Assembly (NCBI GenBank): GCA_023268615.1
Contig: JALQUC010000026.1
Location: 1-40,000 of the forward strand
Direction of reading: 5' to 3'
DNA from: Candidatus Altimarinota bacterium
GTDB taxonomy: Bacteria; Patescibacteriota; Gracilibacteria; BD1-5; JAGOOR01
Length of the DNA: 40,000 nucleotides
Below the pieces are notes generated by a model. That model was not told the origin of the DNA. It saw only the letters and a program-made list of their open reading frames with translations, and ran no database searches. Made by a program: the position numbers and the translations under genes. Shown piece after piece: positions 9,261 to 19,339 of the stretch; position 1 is the first letter of the stretch; each line of letters starts with the position of its first letter.

Positions 9261-9427
9261 TTTAGTGTTTTGCTGGCGAAACAAAAAGGGAGGATCAATC
9301 CCCTTCGATTCGCCAGAATCTTACTCATTTAGTGTCATAGACAATAAAAGAGGCAGGGATATAATCCCCCCTTTCGATTGTCTATAAATAACACTAAAAA
9401 AGTAAGTAAAATAAATAAGATTCTGGC
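9261..9427 (-). ncRNA. candidate structured RNA: two related hairpin units nested in longer inverted repeats
   Basis: Unit 1: CTGGCGAA(9273-9280)/TTCGCCAG(9309-9316). Unit 2: ATAGACAAT(9337-9345)/ATTGTCTAT(9377-9385). The stems differ but the loops are similar (..AAAAG.GG.AGGGAT..AATCCCC..TTCGA). Outer pairs are TTTAGTGT/ACACTAAA and GCCAGAATCTTA/TAAGATTCTGGC. Strand inferred from the adjacent minus-strand terminator. Confidence 0.4.
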
Positions 9428-9500
9428 TACAATAGCTTATTCAAAAAACTACTTTTACAAGGAAGTCGAATAATCTAATGAATTGTCTTGGACAGAGTAA

Positions 9501-9968
9501 CTACTTCATAACCTTCAATAAAGAGGAAAATGGTGTGAAATTCTTAGGAATACTCTGCAAATCTGGGAAAAAGCGATGATATGTTGCGGGGTTGTTTAGT
9601 CTCGTTTTTCATAGTTTTTTAGCCAACTGGCTCTTTATTGAGACATGTTTAGGTTTCTCTCCGAGAAATTTAAGAAAGTCGGATTCAAAATTCGGAGAAT
9701 TAGAAATGACTATGATTCATTTCGCTTTGGCCAATTTCAAAGCAGCAGTGGTTTCAGGTCTATCTGAATCAATCCAAACATAAATTTCATCATATCATTC
9801 ACCATTTACTATGGCTTTTCGAACAATTTCCAATGGAGATCAGCCATATCAGTTTTTAATATAAATCTTCTTACCACATCATCTTCAACAAAGTGACCTA
9901 AAATGCTTAGCACATTCGCACTCATCATCTCATTCACAATAAAGAAGTGTGGTTGTGTTTTTCCCCAT
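9501..9968 (-). CDS. RloB-like TOPRIM-type protein
   Basis: MGKNTTTLLYCEGDDECECAKHF...YDEIYVWIDSDRPETTAALKLAKAKGIIVISNSPNFESDFLKFLG matches the RloB pattern (CEGxxxE, YDEvw.v.D.D, SNPcFE). Eight in-frame TGA. Starts 6 nt after the ATPase stop. TAG stop at 9501-9503. Confidence 0.8.
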
Positions 9969-9973
9969 AAATA

Positions 9974-11152
9974 CTAATCAAAAACAGGTTTAGCACCATA
10001 TACCCCTGCCATATATTTTGCATAGTAATTATCATCAGATCTGACAGTAACCCCCTCGATCTGATCTAATCTATCTAGTGACGAAACTCAATTTTTATCT
10101 TTTTCAACAAAGAAGATTTGATATTTATTCAATCGGTTAAGTACTCTTGGATTTTGTGTAGTAAAAATAAGTTGAGCATTATCAGGATTATTTTTTTTAC
10201 TTTGATAGTAGTCCATGATTTTATCAACAAATTCAGGATGAAAATTTGAATCCAACTCATCAAAGACCAGAACACCTCATTTTTTGAGTGTTTCAGCCAT
10301 CATATAGGCATAATCAATCAGCTTAAGACTTCCATCTGAATAATAAGGTACAATGTGTGTTTTCCCATCAATATGTACCTCTCCCTTTGCCTCCATTTGT
10401 TTCTCGCCATTAGGACTAATAGATTCTTCAACTTTCAAATGTAAACCAGTTGGATCAAATTGATGCAAAATATCATTCAAGAAATCTAAATCTTCCTTAT
10501 TTTGAACATATCTAGTTAATGCAGTTACTCTATTCATATCAAAACTCGACTGATTTAGGCCACCCATTGGCAAGATCCGGGTATAAACAGTCGCCCAAAA
10601 ATCAATAATATCTAGTGCATTCACATCCATCAACCTACTTTTCACAAACAAAATACTCGCATTTGATCGTAAAAATGGTAATTCGCTCGAGGTCAAATCG
10701 GATAGACTAAAGAGTTTTTTCCAGGTTACTCTTTCTTCAGTTTTTGATCGAATAAAAATCGCTTCTGAGACTGCAAATCATTTTTTCAGCTTTAATTCGA
10801 TTTTATAGACAGACTTTTTTGTCTCAAAAACACATTCAAAATGCTGATCTGCATTATCTGCAAATGTGTATGGTATACATCTGTACTTTATTGAACTATC
10901 AGATACTGGGGTTTCTGGTGCTAATCTCCATGCATCAACTATCCAATACTGTAAAAATGCAATGCCCCGTAGTAAATTTGATTTCCCTGAGGCATTTGGG
11001 CCTATTATTGTTGCAACTTTGGAAACCTTTACATTAGGAAGCTTCGAATTAGCGAGTGTGTCATCGCTATTATCCTTTCTGGCCCAAGTAAGATCAAAGT
11101 TATTATCCTTTTTGAAAGAGGCTATGTTGGAAAATTTGAATGAGTGTATCAT
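9974..11152 (-). CDS. AAA_21/ABC-type ATPase (abortive-infection-type)
   Basis: Walker A IIGPNASGKSNLL, signature-like YYSDGSLKL, Walker B GVLVFDELDSNFHPEF, then LIFTTQNP and a C-terminal YGAKP. Track fragments 10778..11152 and 10277..10696 join through TGA. TAG stop at 9974-9976. Confidence 0.85.
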
Positions 11153-11532
11153 GTTTATATTTATAGAAGTGCTGTCATCTTATTCATTTTTCTCTATGTG
11201 TCAATAATAAAGCAATATATTATTACTTTTGTAGATTTTCTGTGAAAATACGACATGTAGGTGTATATTTAATATACTCCATTCGAAAAATTGTTTTGCA
11301 AAAAAAATTCTTCATATATAATAACTGTACTACTTCCTAACAAAGCTCCTATGTGCTTCTGATGAAAATAAAAAACTCTAGGTCAAACAAATCGTTTAGA
11401 TCTGCTATTCCAAGAGTTTTCGAGTAACAAAAACCGGACAGGCTTTGTTACCAACAAATATATTAGTTTTAGGAAGAATAGCAAATTATTATACAACACT
11501 CTTCGTGTTGTCTACTTCCTAACCCTTCTCGT

Positions 11533-11637
11533 ATGGCATACCGCTATCGTGATTCTGGGTCTGGTCAATTCATCAGCAAACCATCTGCTGATCGTAGGAA
11601 CCCAGATACCGTTGAACGCGAACGAATAAAGAAATAA
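11533..11637 (+). CDS. small conserved-looking peptide (34 aa)
   Basis: MAYRYRDSGSGQFISKPSADRRNPDTVERERIKK. TAA stop, followed about 20 nt later by a strong terminator. The pattern YR-x3-SG-x-F-x-S...P-x-T-V recalls a widespread family of small uncharacterised proteins (from memory, not searched). Confidence 0.5.
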   Translation: MAYRYRDSGSGQFISKPSADRRNPDTVERERIKK

Positions 11638-11659
11638 TCTCTTCTGAAATTTCTTTTTC

Positions 11660-11690
11660 ACCGACAGTACTCTTGCTGTCGGTTTTTATT
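11660..11690 (+). terminator. rho-independent terminator
   Basis: ACCGACAG-tactcttg-CTGTCGGT followed by TTTTTATTT. Confidence 0.75.
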
Positions 11691-11957
11691 TACTTTCTGC
11701 TCAACTCGAAACCTCTCTTGGAGATATACCTAACCCTGTTGTGCCTATAGTGAAAGGGAAACATCGGGGACACGGCTGAATATGATGTTAACCAAAAACA
11801 TTTTTCTGCCTCTCTTTGAAAATCCTCTTCTGCCTTGAAATAAATACTTTTTCACTATTCTCTACATAAGTTCGAAGATTGGTACCCCTTAAGACCTCCA
11901 TTTGACAATTATTATAAAACACTATATTGCTAGTGTTTTATTTTAAAAATTAGATTT

Positions 11958-12683
11958 ATGAATTTTCCTGAAGATATAAGCCTAAAATCAAAATCTATTG
12001 TTCGAAAAGTTGACGGAAAACCTGTAACAATAGAAGTAAAAATACATCCAAGTACTCACAGAAAAGTGGTTGTAATAAATTATCCTGGGGTTTATGGAGA
12101 TATAGATGGCTTTAACAGTAAATACACCAAAATTGCTGGTCTAGTTGCTGAAAAGATAGGAACAACTCTTCGTATCTCGTGAGCAGAAGAAACACTCTGA
12201 GAAGAATTTGAGAGCGGTGTATCTAAAAAACTTGAAGCTGTGATTAAGGATGCTCTGCAAAATTCACAAGAACTAGCTGAATGCGAACCCAATGAACTAG
12301 AAATATATTTGATGGGGTTTTCAACCTGAGCATCTTGAGTTGCTGCTGTTTGTGGTAAATACCCCCAAATTAAAAAAATACTTCTTATTGCACCATCTTG
12401 AGATGCTTGAGAAGAAGCATGTGAAAGTTCTTTGGGCTCTTTTACTTGAGAAGTGCATGTTTTAGTTGGCGAAAATGATGAAGTAGTTGGATGAAAAGCA
12501 GCTCATATTTTTGCTCAAATGGCTAAGTCAGCAAAAAGAGTGAAAGAACTGACAATTCCCAATTGTGACCATCAATTCAGATGAAGCAAGAATGGTCAAC
12601 TGATGAGCGCTGCACCAATATGGGCTTTTTTGAAGAATGGCGAAGGAGAATTAGATCCCAATGATGGTATTATAATCTACTAG
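11958..12683 (+). CDS. alpha/beta-fold hydrolase
   Basis: Frame open 11958-12683 through nine TGA. Nucleophile elbow G-F-S-T-(TGA)-A with TGA 12327-12329 at the second Gly of GxSxG. Later ..NCDHQF (His). TAG stop. Confidence 0.7.
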
Positions 12684-12857
12684 ATCATCTCTCATCCAAA
12701 AAAATCGCTTAAGCTGAGAAATTTTTATCTGTTTTTCCACTATTAATGAATATTCCTCGAATTCAACGGAATTTAAAAAATGCCATCTTAAAATCTTTTG
12801 TATTGCAATAAATACCTTTTCGCTATGCTCTCCTTGTATCATTAAATTAAAAGAATT

Positions 12858-13334
12858 ATGCCCAATCCTACCGTCACACTCCACACCAATCATGGTGATA
12901 TCACGCTCGAGGTCTTCGCGGACAAAGTCCCAAAGACAGCAAAAAATTTCGTAGAGCTCGCAAAGAAGGGCTACTACGATGGGACAATATTTCACCGCGT
13001 TATTCAGGACTTCATGATCCAGGGTGGTGATCCTACTGGCACAGGTCGTGGTGGTGAGAGTATCTATGGTGAAAAATTTGAAGATGAATTTCATCCTGAA
13101 CTGTCACACAAAAAAGGCTATATCTCTATGGCAAATGCTGGACCAAATACCAATGGGAGTCAGTTTTTCATCGTCCACGCTGAGGAAACAACTTGGCTCG
13201 ATGGCAAGCATAGCGTCTTCTGACAGGTCGTCACAGGCATGGAAGTCATCGAAACAATAGCGACAGTCCCGACTGATAGTGGTGATAAACCGTTTAAAAA
13301 AGTAGAGATTACCCGGACAACAATTGTTGAATAA
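12858..13334 (+). CDS. ppiB: cyclophilin-type peptidyl-prolyl cis-trans isomerase
   Basis: [49 protein letters not shown]-(TGA 13221-13223)-QVV where cyclophilins have ..VFG.V. TAA stop at 13332-13334. Confidence 0.9.
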
Positions 13335-13358
13335 AAAAGAGCCACACGGCTCTTTTTT
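13333..13358. terminator. bidirectional rho-independent terminator between convergent genes
   Basis: AAAAA-AGAGCC-acac-GGCTCT-TTTTT, with A-run and T-run flanks. Confidence 0.7.
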
Positions 13359-13378
13359 AATTGAGAAAAATCTTGAGA

Positions 13379-13888
13379 TTATGCCTGGACTTTGTCACTC
13401 GGTGTCTGTGCTGACTGCTTGATGAGACCATCGAGACGGAATATCACATGATCGAGAATAGCATTGATGATATCCTGTTTGAGTGGTTCGAGATCCTTCA
13501 TACCTGAGACGAGTGTTTTCTTTTCTGACATACGATCACGGAGATCGGTGAGTGCAGCGCGTTGTTCTGAGACAGAAGCAGTACCGAGACGATTGGTCAT
13601 GCGACCAATGACATCATCGAGACGAACCTGATATTTCTGAACGAGTTTGTCCTTGATAAGCGTCTGTGCATCAGCAACGAGTGTCGCTGCAGGGACTTTA
13701 TCGACTTTTTGTTCTGTTTTTACTTCGACTTTCGTTTCCACGACAGGCTTTACTTCTACCTTGGTCTCTACGACTGGAGTCGTGACAGAGAATTCAAAGA
13801 GTTCCTTGTCCTTTGCAGTGTCCTGACCAAATGCAGGAGCGAGTGCGAGGAGACAGAGAGCAGTGAGGAGTATTTTTGAGAGTTTCAT
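13379..13888 (-). CDS. secreted hypothetical protein with tandem PVVETKVEVK repeat
   Basis: MKLSKILLTALCLLALAPAFG signal peptide (start moved to ATG 13888). A 10-aa repeat occurs twice. TAA stop. Confidence 0.55.
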   Translation of the reverse strand: MKLSKILLTALCLLALAPAFGQDTAKDKELFEFSVTTPVVETKVEVKPVVETKVEVKTEQKVDKVPAATLVADAQTLIKDKLVQKYQVRLDDVIGRMTNRLGTASVSEQRAALTDLRDRMSEKKTLVSGMKDLEPLKQDIINAILDHVIFRLDGLIKQSAQTPSDKVQA

Positions 13889-14019
13889 ATTTTCCACTAT
13901 ATACAAAAAGGGGGTCTTGACTAGAGGGGATTTGTGAGGATTGTGTGAAGAAAGTAGAAAATGAAATCATCTCAGACTAAAAATTAATACTTTGTAAAAT
14001 AAATATATATTATTATTCT

Positions 14020-14047
14020 TTGACAAAGAGAAAAGAGAGAATATAAA
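14020..14047 (+). promoter_or_regulatory. sigma70-like promoter candidate for the purM-purL-purC block
   Basis: TTGACA (14020-14025), 16-nt spacer, TATAAA (14042-14047). Lies 24 nt upstream of ATG 14071. Confidence 0.35.
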
Positions 14048-14070
14048 TATGTAATATATTAATTTTTCTT

Positions 14071-15339
14071 ATGAATAGCTTTTACGATGCATCCAAAGAA
14101 GATGCCTCTGCCTTTGCAGGACGAGTCTGTCGAGAAAGCTGGAATAATTCTCGTTTTGTACAAGTAAACTCCGACTCAGAACACTTCCGTTCCAAGAGAA
14201 GGTGGACCTATCAAAACCTCCCGCTGTCTCTCTACCCAGATGATATTCGTGCAATAATTCAGAAGCATGGGTGAGCCTACTTCTGAAAGAGTGCTTACTC
14301 ACAAACAGGTGGACCAGATGGAATAGGCACAGCCGTAGAATTTGCCAATGTGCTCCAGGAATATCGTACTATGGCATTCAATCTCATAGCTATGTCAGCA
14401 GATGATGTCGCAGCTGGATGAGATTTACCCCTAGTGTACACCGATGTTATTGATTACAAACAACTGAAAAGCAAAAAACAAAAAACTGCTTACGCACACC
14501 TCTTTGAAGGTCTAGGCAAAGCAGCCAGAGAAAATGACTTTATTATCCTCACAGGAGAAAGTGCGGGACTGAGTCATTGTGTCAGCAGTTCTAATCCTGA
14601 TGCACTCTTCCCATTTAATTGGTCAGGAACCATGAATGGAGTATCTCACCCCAGCCTTCAAATCAATGGCGAAAATATAGCTGCGGGGGACTATATTATT
14701 GCACTCGAACAGCCGTGATTTGCGACCAATGGTATCAGCAAGGTACGGGAAGCGTTCGCACGCAAGTATGGACCTATGTGGTTTCGTGATGCACCTCGAG
14801 AAGAAGTAGAACAGGCTATGGCGGCACCTATCATCTATGCGCGGGCATTATCGGAAGTAAATGGATGGTATTCAGATTGAGAAAAAAGGGTGGAAATGGG
14901 CAGTATCAGTCACCTCTCTGGAGGCAGCATGAAATCAAAATTTCTCGATGATCTCTTAGCTCCCCGTGGTCTTTCAGCAAGACTCAATAATCTCTTTGTC
15001 ATACCCGAAATCACCCGAAAAGCTGTTGAATGGCTCACACTTCACTTTGATAGTTTGGAAACTGCACAGATATATGGTCAAGACAAGAGAGATGGAACCC
15101 CTATGAGCATGCAGGAATTATTCACGACATGGTGTTGTGGTCAGAGAATGTTTATCACGGTAAAGACAGAAAAGGAAGCTCACAGATTAGTAGCGGAATT
15201 CTCTCGTTTGAAAATAGGTTCTCAGTTAGCAGGAGAAATCATTACTACATCCAAGAGTGATACACCTCATCTGGAAGTCACTGCGAGATTTGAATGATGA
15301 AAAGGGAAAGTGGTCCGAGTAGAATCAGGGAATAATTAA
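14071..15339 (+). CDS. purM: phosphoribosylformylglycinamidine cyclo-ligase (AIR synthase)-like
   Basis: Three track ORFs (14071.., 14434.., 14890..) share one frame, joined by TGA. GGPDGIGTAVEFA, NLIAMSADDVAAGGDLPL, ILTGESAG, TNGISKVRE, HLSGGS. TAA stop at 15337-15339. Confidence 0.7.
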
Positions 15340-15356
15340 ATACTTAACTTCTGAGT

Positions 15357-18300
15357 ATGTCTCTTACTTCACCATCTTCTGCAACCGAAACTCTGTGAGA
15401 ACGAGCCAAACTCCGTGAAGTATACATCCAGAAAAAGTGAAGGCATGATCATGTATCACATGGTCTCACAAAAATCATCCAAGAAGAACTCCAGATCTCA
15501 TGAGTCATAGCAGAGGTGTATGATAAATATTATGTGCAGGGTAATGAAGAAAATGGTCTCAGTGATGCGGAGTATGAACTGGCAAGAAAAACAATTTTCG
15601 CCGAGTTACCACTCGAAAACACCTACGAAAAGAATGATTTTTATGGAAGGGTCTGAGATGTAGAAATGATTGACATTGCTGATGTAGCAGGACAGTTTAG
15701 TGCACGGACTGACTCTGTCGAGAAGAGTCTCCTCGCTCAGACCGGGAGAGATTTCACCGGGAAAGCGAAGAGTAATCATGTGATTGTCCTCAGAGGAGAT
15801 GTGACACCTGCAGTGAGACAAAAAATTCATGACTGGATGATCAATCCTGTCGAAAAAGTCGAACAAAAGAGAGATGATATACTCTTTCCTGATCCAGAGA
15901 AGAGTCCAGAGAATTATCGAATATTGGATCGATGTGCCGCAGAATTGGACGACAAAGGTAATCCAACACGATACGAAGAATTCAACAAGCTCTCTCAAGA
16001 TGAGTACAGAGTTTTTGCGAAACACGGTGGCATCTCTCTCGAGGTCGATGATTTTCTCGAGGTCCAGAAATACTTCAGAGGAGAATGACGCAATCCGACA
16101 TTTACCGAACTCAAACTCATCGAGACCTACTGGTCCGATCACTGTCGACATACGACATTTCATACGGCTATCAAGTCTGTAGCTATTGAGGGAAACTCCC
16201 CGGCAATAGTAAAAGATATCAAACAGACAGAAAGACTCTTCGAAAAGACCCTGGGAGATCAAGAAAAAACTCTGATGAATCTGGCACAGGCAGGTTTGAA
16301 AAAAATAAAAAAAGATGCAAAATTGTGAAAGAAAAGAAAAGAATACGAATCTCTCGAAAACAATGCGTGCTCCTATGAAACAGAAATAGAAAATGAAAAA
16401 GGCGAAAAGGAAACATGGGTCATCATGTTCAAAAATGAGACTCACAATAGTCCCACAGAGACCGAACCATTCGGATGAGCAGCTACCTGTATCGGAGGAT
16501 GTATCCGTGATCCACTGAGCTGATGAACATACACTTTTCAAGCGATGCGCATTTCCGGTTCTGGCAATCCAACAGAACCTATCAGTGAGACCATGGCCGG
16601 TAAACTCTCACAGAAATTTATATCCCTCGTGAGTGCTCTGGGATATTCGAGTTATGGGAATCAGATAGGTCTTGCAACGGGTATGGTGCGTGAATTTTTC
16701 CATCCTGGATACAGAGCAAAGCATCTTGAACTCGGCTATGTCGTCGCCGCTGCACCCAAGTGACACAATAAGCGATCAAAACCAAAAAAGGGCAATATAG
16801 TTCTGATGATTGGTGGGAGAACCGGCCGTGACGGAGAAGGAGGAGCGACAGTATCATCCAATCTGCAAGGTGCACATCATAATAAAAAACAGATGTGAGC
16901 TCATGTGCAGAAATGAAATGCCCCAGAAGAAAGAAAACTCCAACGACTCCTCTTGAATCCAGGGTTTGCTGGGAAAATCATCAAATGTAATGATTTTGGA
17001 GCTGGTGGTGTGTCAGTTGCTGTAGGAGAACTTTCCCGAGGTCTCGATATCGATCTTGATAGAGTAAAAACAAAATATAGTGGCCTCAGCGATACCAGTC
17101 TCGCACACTCTGAATCCCAAGAACGCATGGCAGTCGTCATAAACCCCGATGACTATGAAGAAGCTATGAAGATGATCGAAGCAGAGAATCTCGAAGCAGA
17201 GCAGGTAGCGCGGATTACTGATGAAGAAGAGCCTCAGACAGACCGCCTCAAAATGAACTGGAAAGGTAATACTGTAGTCGATATTTCTCGTGATCTCCTC
17301 GACAGTATGGGTGCGAAAAAAAATCAAGAAAGAGCACTTATCACGGGGAATAAGACCGATTTTTTCAAAACACCAGGAGCATGGCACAAAGAAGACACTT
17401 CTGATAGACTGCTGAGTCATCTCAGACATCTCTGAGTCGCTAGTCAGAAACGACTGGGTTCTCTCTTTGATTCCTCTGTTGGTGCCAGCACTATACTCGC
17501 TCCATATGGAGGAAAATACCAGAATTCCCCGCAGATCGGTATGGCTGCCAAAATTCCTTCTCTGCACAATAATGATGGTCTCGATTTCAAGACAGCAATT
17601 ATCTCAGCATTTGGCGGACATCCACGCCTCTCGGATTCGAATCCATATCTCGCTGGTATGTATGCCGTTATTGATGCGATTTCTCGAACGGTAGCAATGG
17701 GCTGAGATGTGAATCGTGTCTGGCTCACGGCACAAGAATACTTCTGAAAACTGGGCAAAGACGATACTCGTTGGGGCGAAATCTATAGTATCATGCTCGG
17801 ATTTTTCCGAGCACAGATAGAGTTAAAAACTCCTGCAATCGGAGGCAAAGATTCTGCATCAGGAACATATAAAAAAGAACATGGCACTCTGATGCATGTA
17901 CCGACTACACTTTTTTCAATAGCAAATAGTCCAGAGGATAGTGGGCGGATTGTCTCGGCTGAATTTCAGAAGAGTAATAGCCGTGTGCTCTACTTTCGTT
18001 TCCCAAAAGATATGCATGGATTACCAGACTGGGTTTCTTATCGTCGTGTCTTGCGAGATGTCCGGTGACTGCATGACGGTGGTCGTGTGCTCTCATCCAG
18101 TATCGTAGAAGAAGGAGGTGTGGCAGCATCGGTTTCTCGTATGTGTATTGGGAATCGTATATGATTTAGTTGTTATGAAGAGCTGCAATTATCTCATGAT
18201 ATAGGTGGTATTATTCTGGAGGTACCTGAGGACACCGAAATACCCTGGAGTGCCCGTGAGATAGGGAAAACAACAGATAACCAATTCATTACCCTGAAAA

Positions 18301-19313
18301 ACTGAAATCCAGTATTTCTGAATAACATAGATCAGGCACTCTCAGGCACTCTCGATACCGTCTATCCTCCGGATTCAGCTGGTGGGACTGTCGAAGAAAT
18401 CAAACCACATACTCCTCGGGGTGATCCTGATCGCAAACCAATTATTTTTGGTCCCGATGGAACTATAGTGTCTGGTGGTCCTGTAGAAAAAGTAAATATT
18501 CTGACCAAGAAACCAAAAGTTGTGATTCCTGTCTTCCCAGGGACAAACTCAGAACTCGATACCCGCCATGCTCTTCATAAATCAGGATTTACCGATGTAG
18601 AAATATTTGTCTTCAAGACAAAAACTCCAGAAGAACTGACCGCATCCTTCACACAATTTGCACAGCTGATCTGAGAAGCTCAGATGGTCGTCTTACCAGG
18701 GGGATTCTCTGGTGCAGATGAGCCAGGATGATCTGCAAAGTTTGCCAATACTATTCTTCGAAGTCCTAAAGTGCGTGACGCTATGAATGCATTTCTGCAG
18801 AAAGCGGGCACTCTCACTCTGGGTATCTGCAATGGATTTCAGATGCTCATGAAGCTCGGCGTCTTTGAAAAATGAGAAATCTCCGACTTCCAAACTGAGA
18901 CAGATATGACTCTCGCACACAATACCAATGGTCGACATATGACCGATCTGGTGGGACTCAGAGTGACCTCTGTTCTCTCTCCATTTTTCAATACTATTGA
19001 TATTGGAGACACCTTTGTCGTTCCTATTTCTCACGGAGAATGACGAGTGACTTTCAATAATAAGAAACAATTCATGGACCTCCTCGCCAAGTGACAAATT
19101 ATCCTCCAGTATCTCGACGCAGATGGAAGTCCAACCAATGCGTACAACGGTTCAGAGCATGGTGTCGCTGGTATCTGCTCACCTGATGGTCGAATACTGG
19201 GACTCATGCCACACCCTGAGCGATCAGGTCTGAATGTCTTCAAGAATGTCCCGGGCAATAAATATTTCCCAATTTTTGATGGAGCCGCAGAAGCATTTGG
19301 TATAAAAAAGTAA
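15357..19313 (+). CDS. purL: phosphoribosylformylglycinamidine synthase, single-chain large form (PurS-like + PurL + PurQ domains)
   Basis: Six track ORFs all lie in the frame of ATG 15357. TYWSDHCRHTTF, NETHNSPTETEPFG-(TGA 16476-16478)-AATCIGGCIRD, GRDGEGGAT, C-terminal GATase LPGGFSGADE..LGICNGFQ..MPHPER. 1318 codons. TAA stop. Confidence 0.9.
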
Positions 19314-19339
19314 TTTTATTTTTCTCACCTTTCTATGTT

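Noticed and set aside
9261-9427. Interpreting the hairpin array as a retron msr/msd or as a type III toxin-antitoxin RNA repeat preceding a toxin.
   Set aside because: No reverse transcriptase ORF exists in any frame nearby. The units are two divergent hairpins, not identical tandem direct repeats. The downstream gene encodes a signal-peptide-bearing nuclease rather than a ToxN/AbiE-like toxin. It is kept only as an unclassified structured RNA.
15606-16541. Long antisense or out-of-frame ORFs in the track: 15606..16541(-) 311 aa, 26636..27307(-), 25922..26524(-), 4705..5214(-), 12651..13094(-), 35659..36198(-), 2453..3268(+).
   Set aside because: Each lies opposite or out of frame to a gene with clear family motifs (purL, TrpE/G fusion, UPF0489, cyclophilin, RND pump, trpS). 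Each also has low-complexity, motif-free translations, so they are shadow ORFs.
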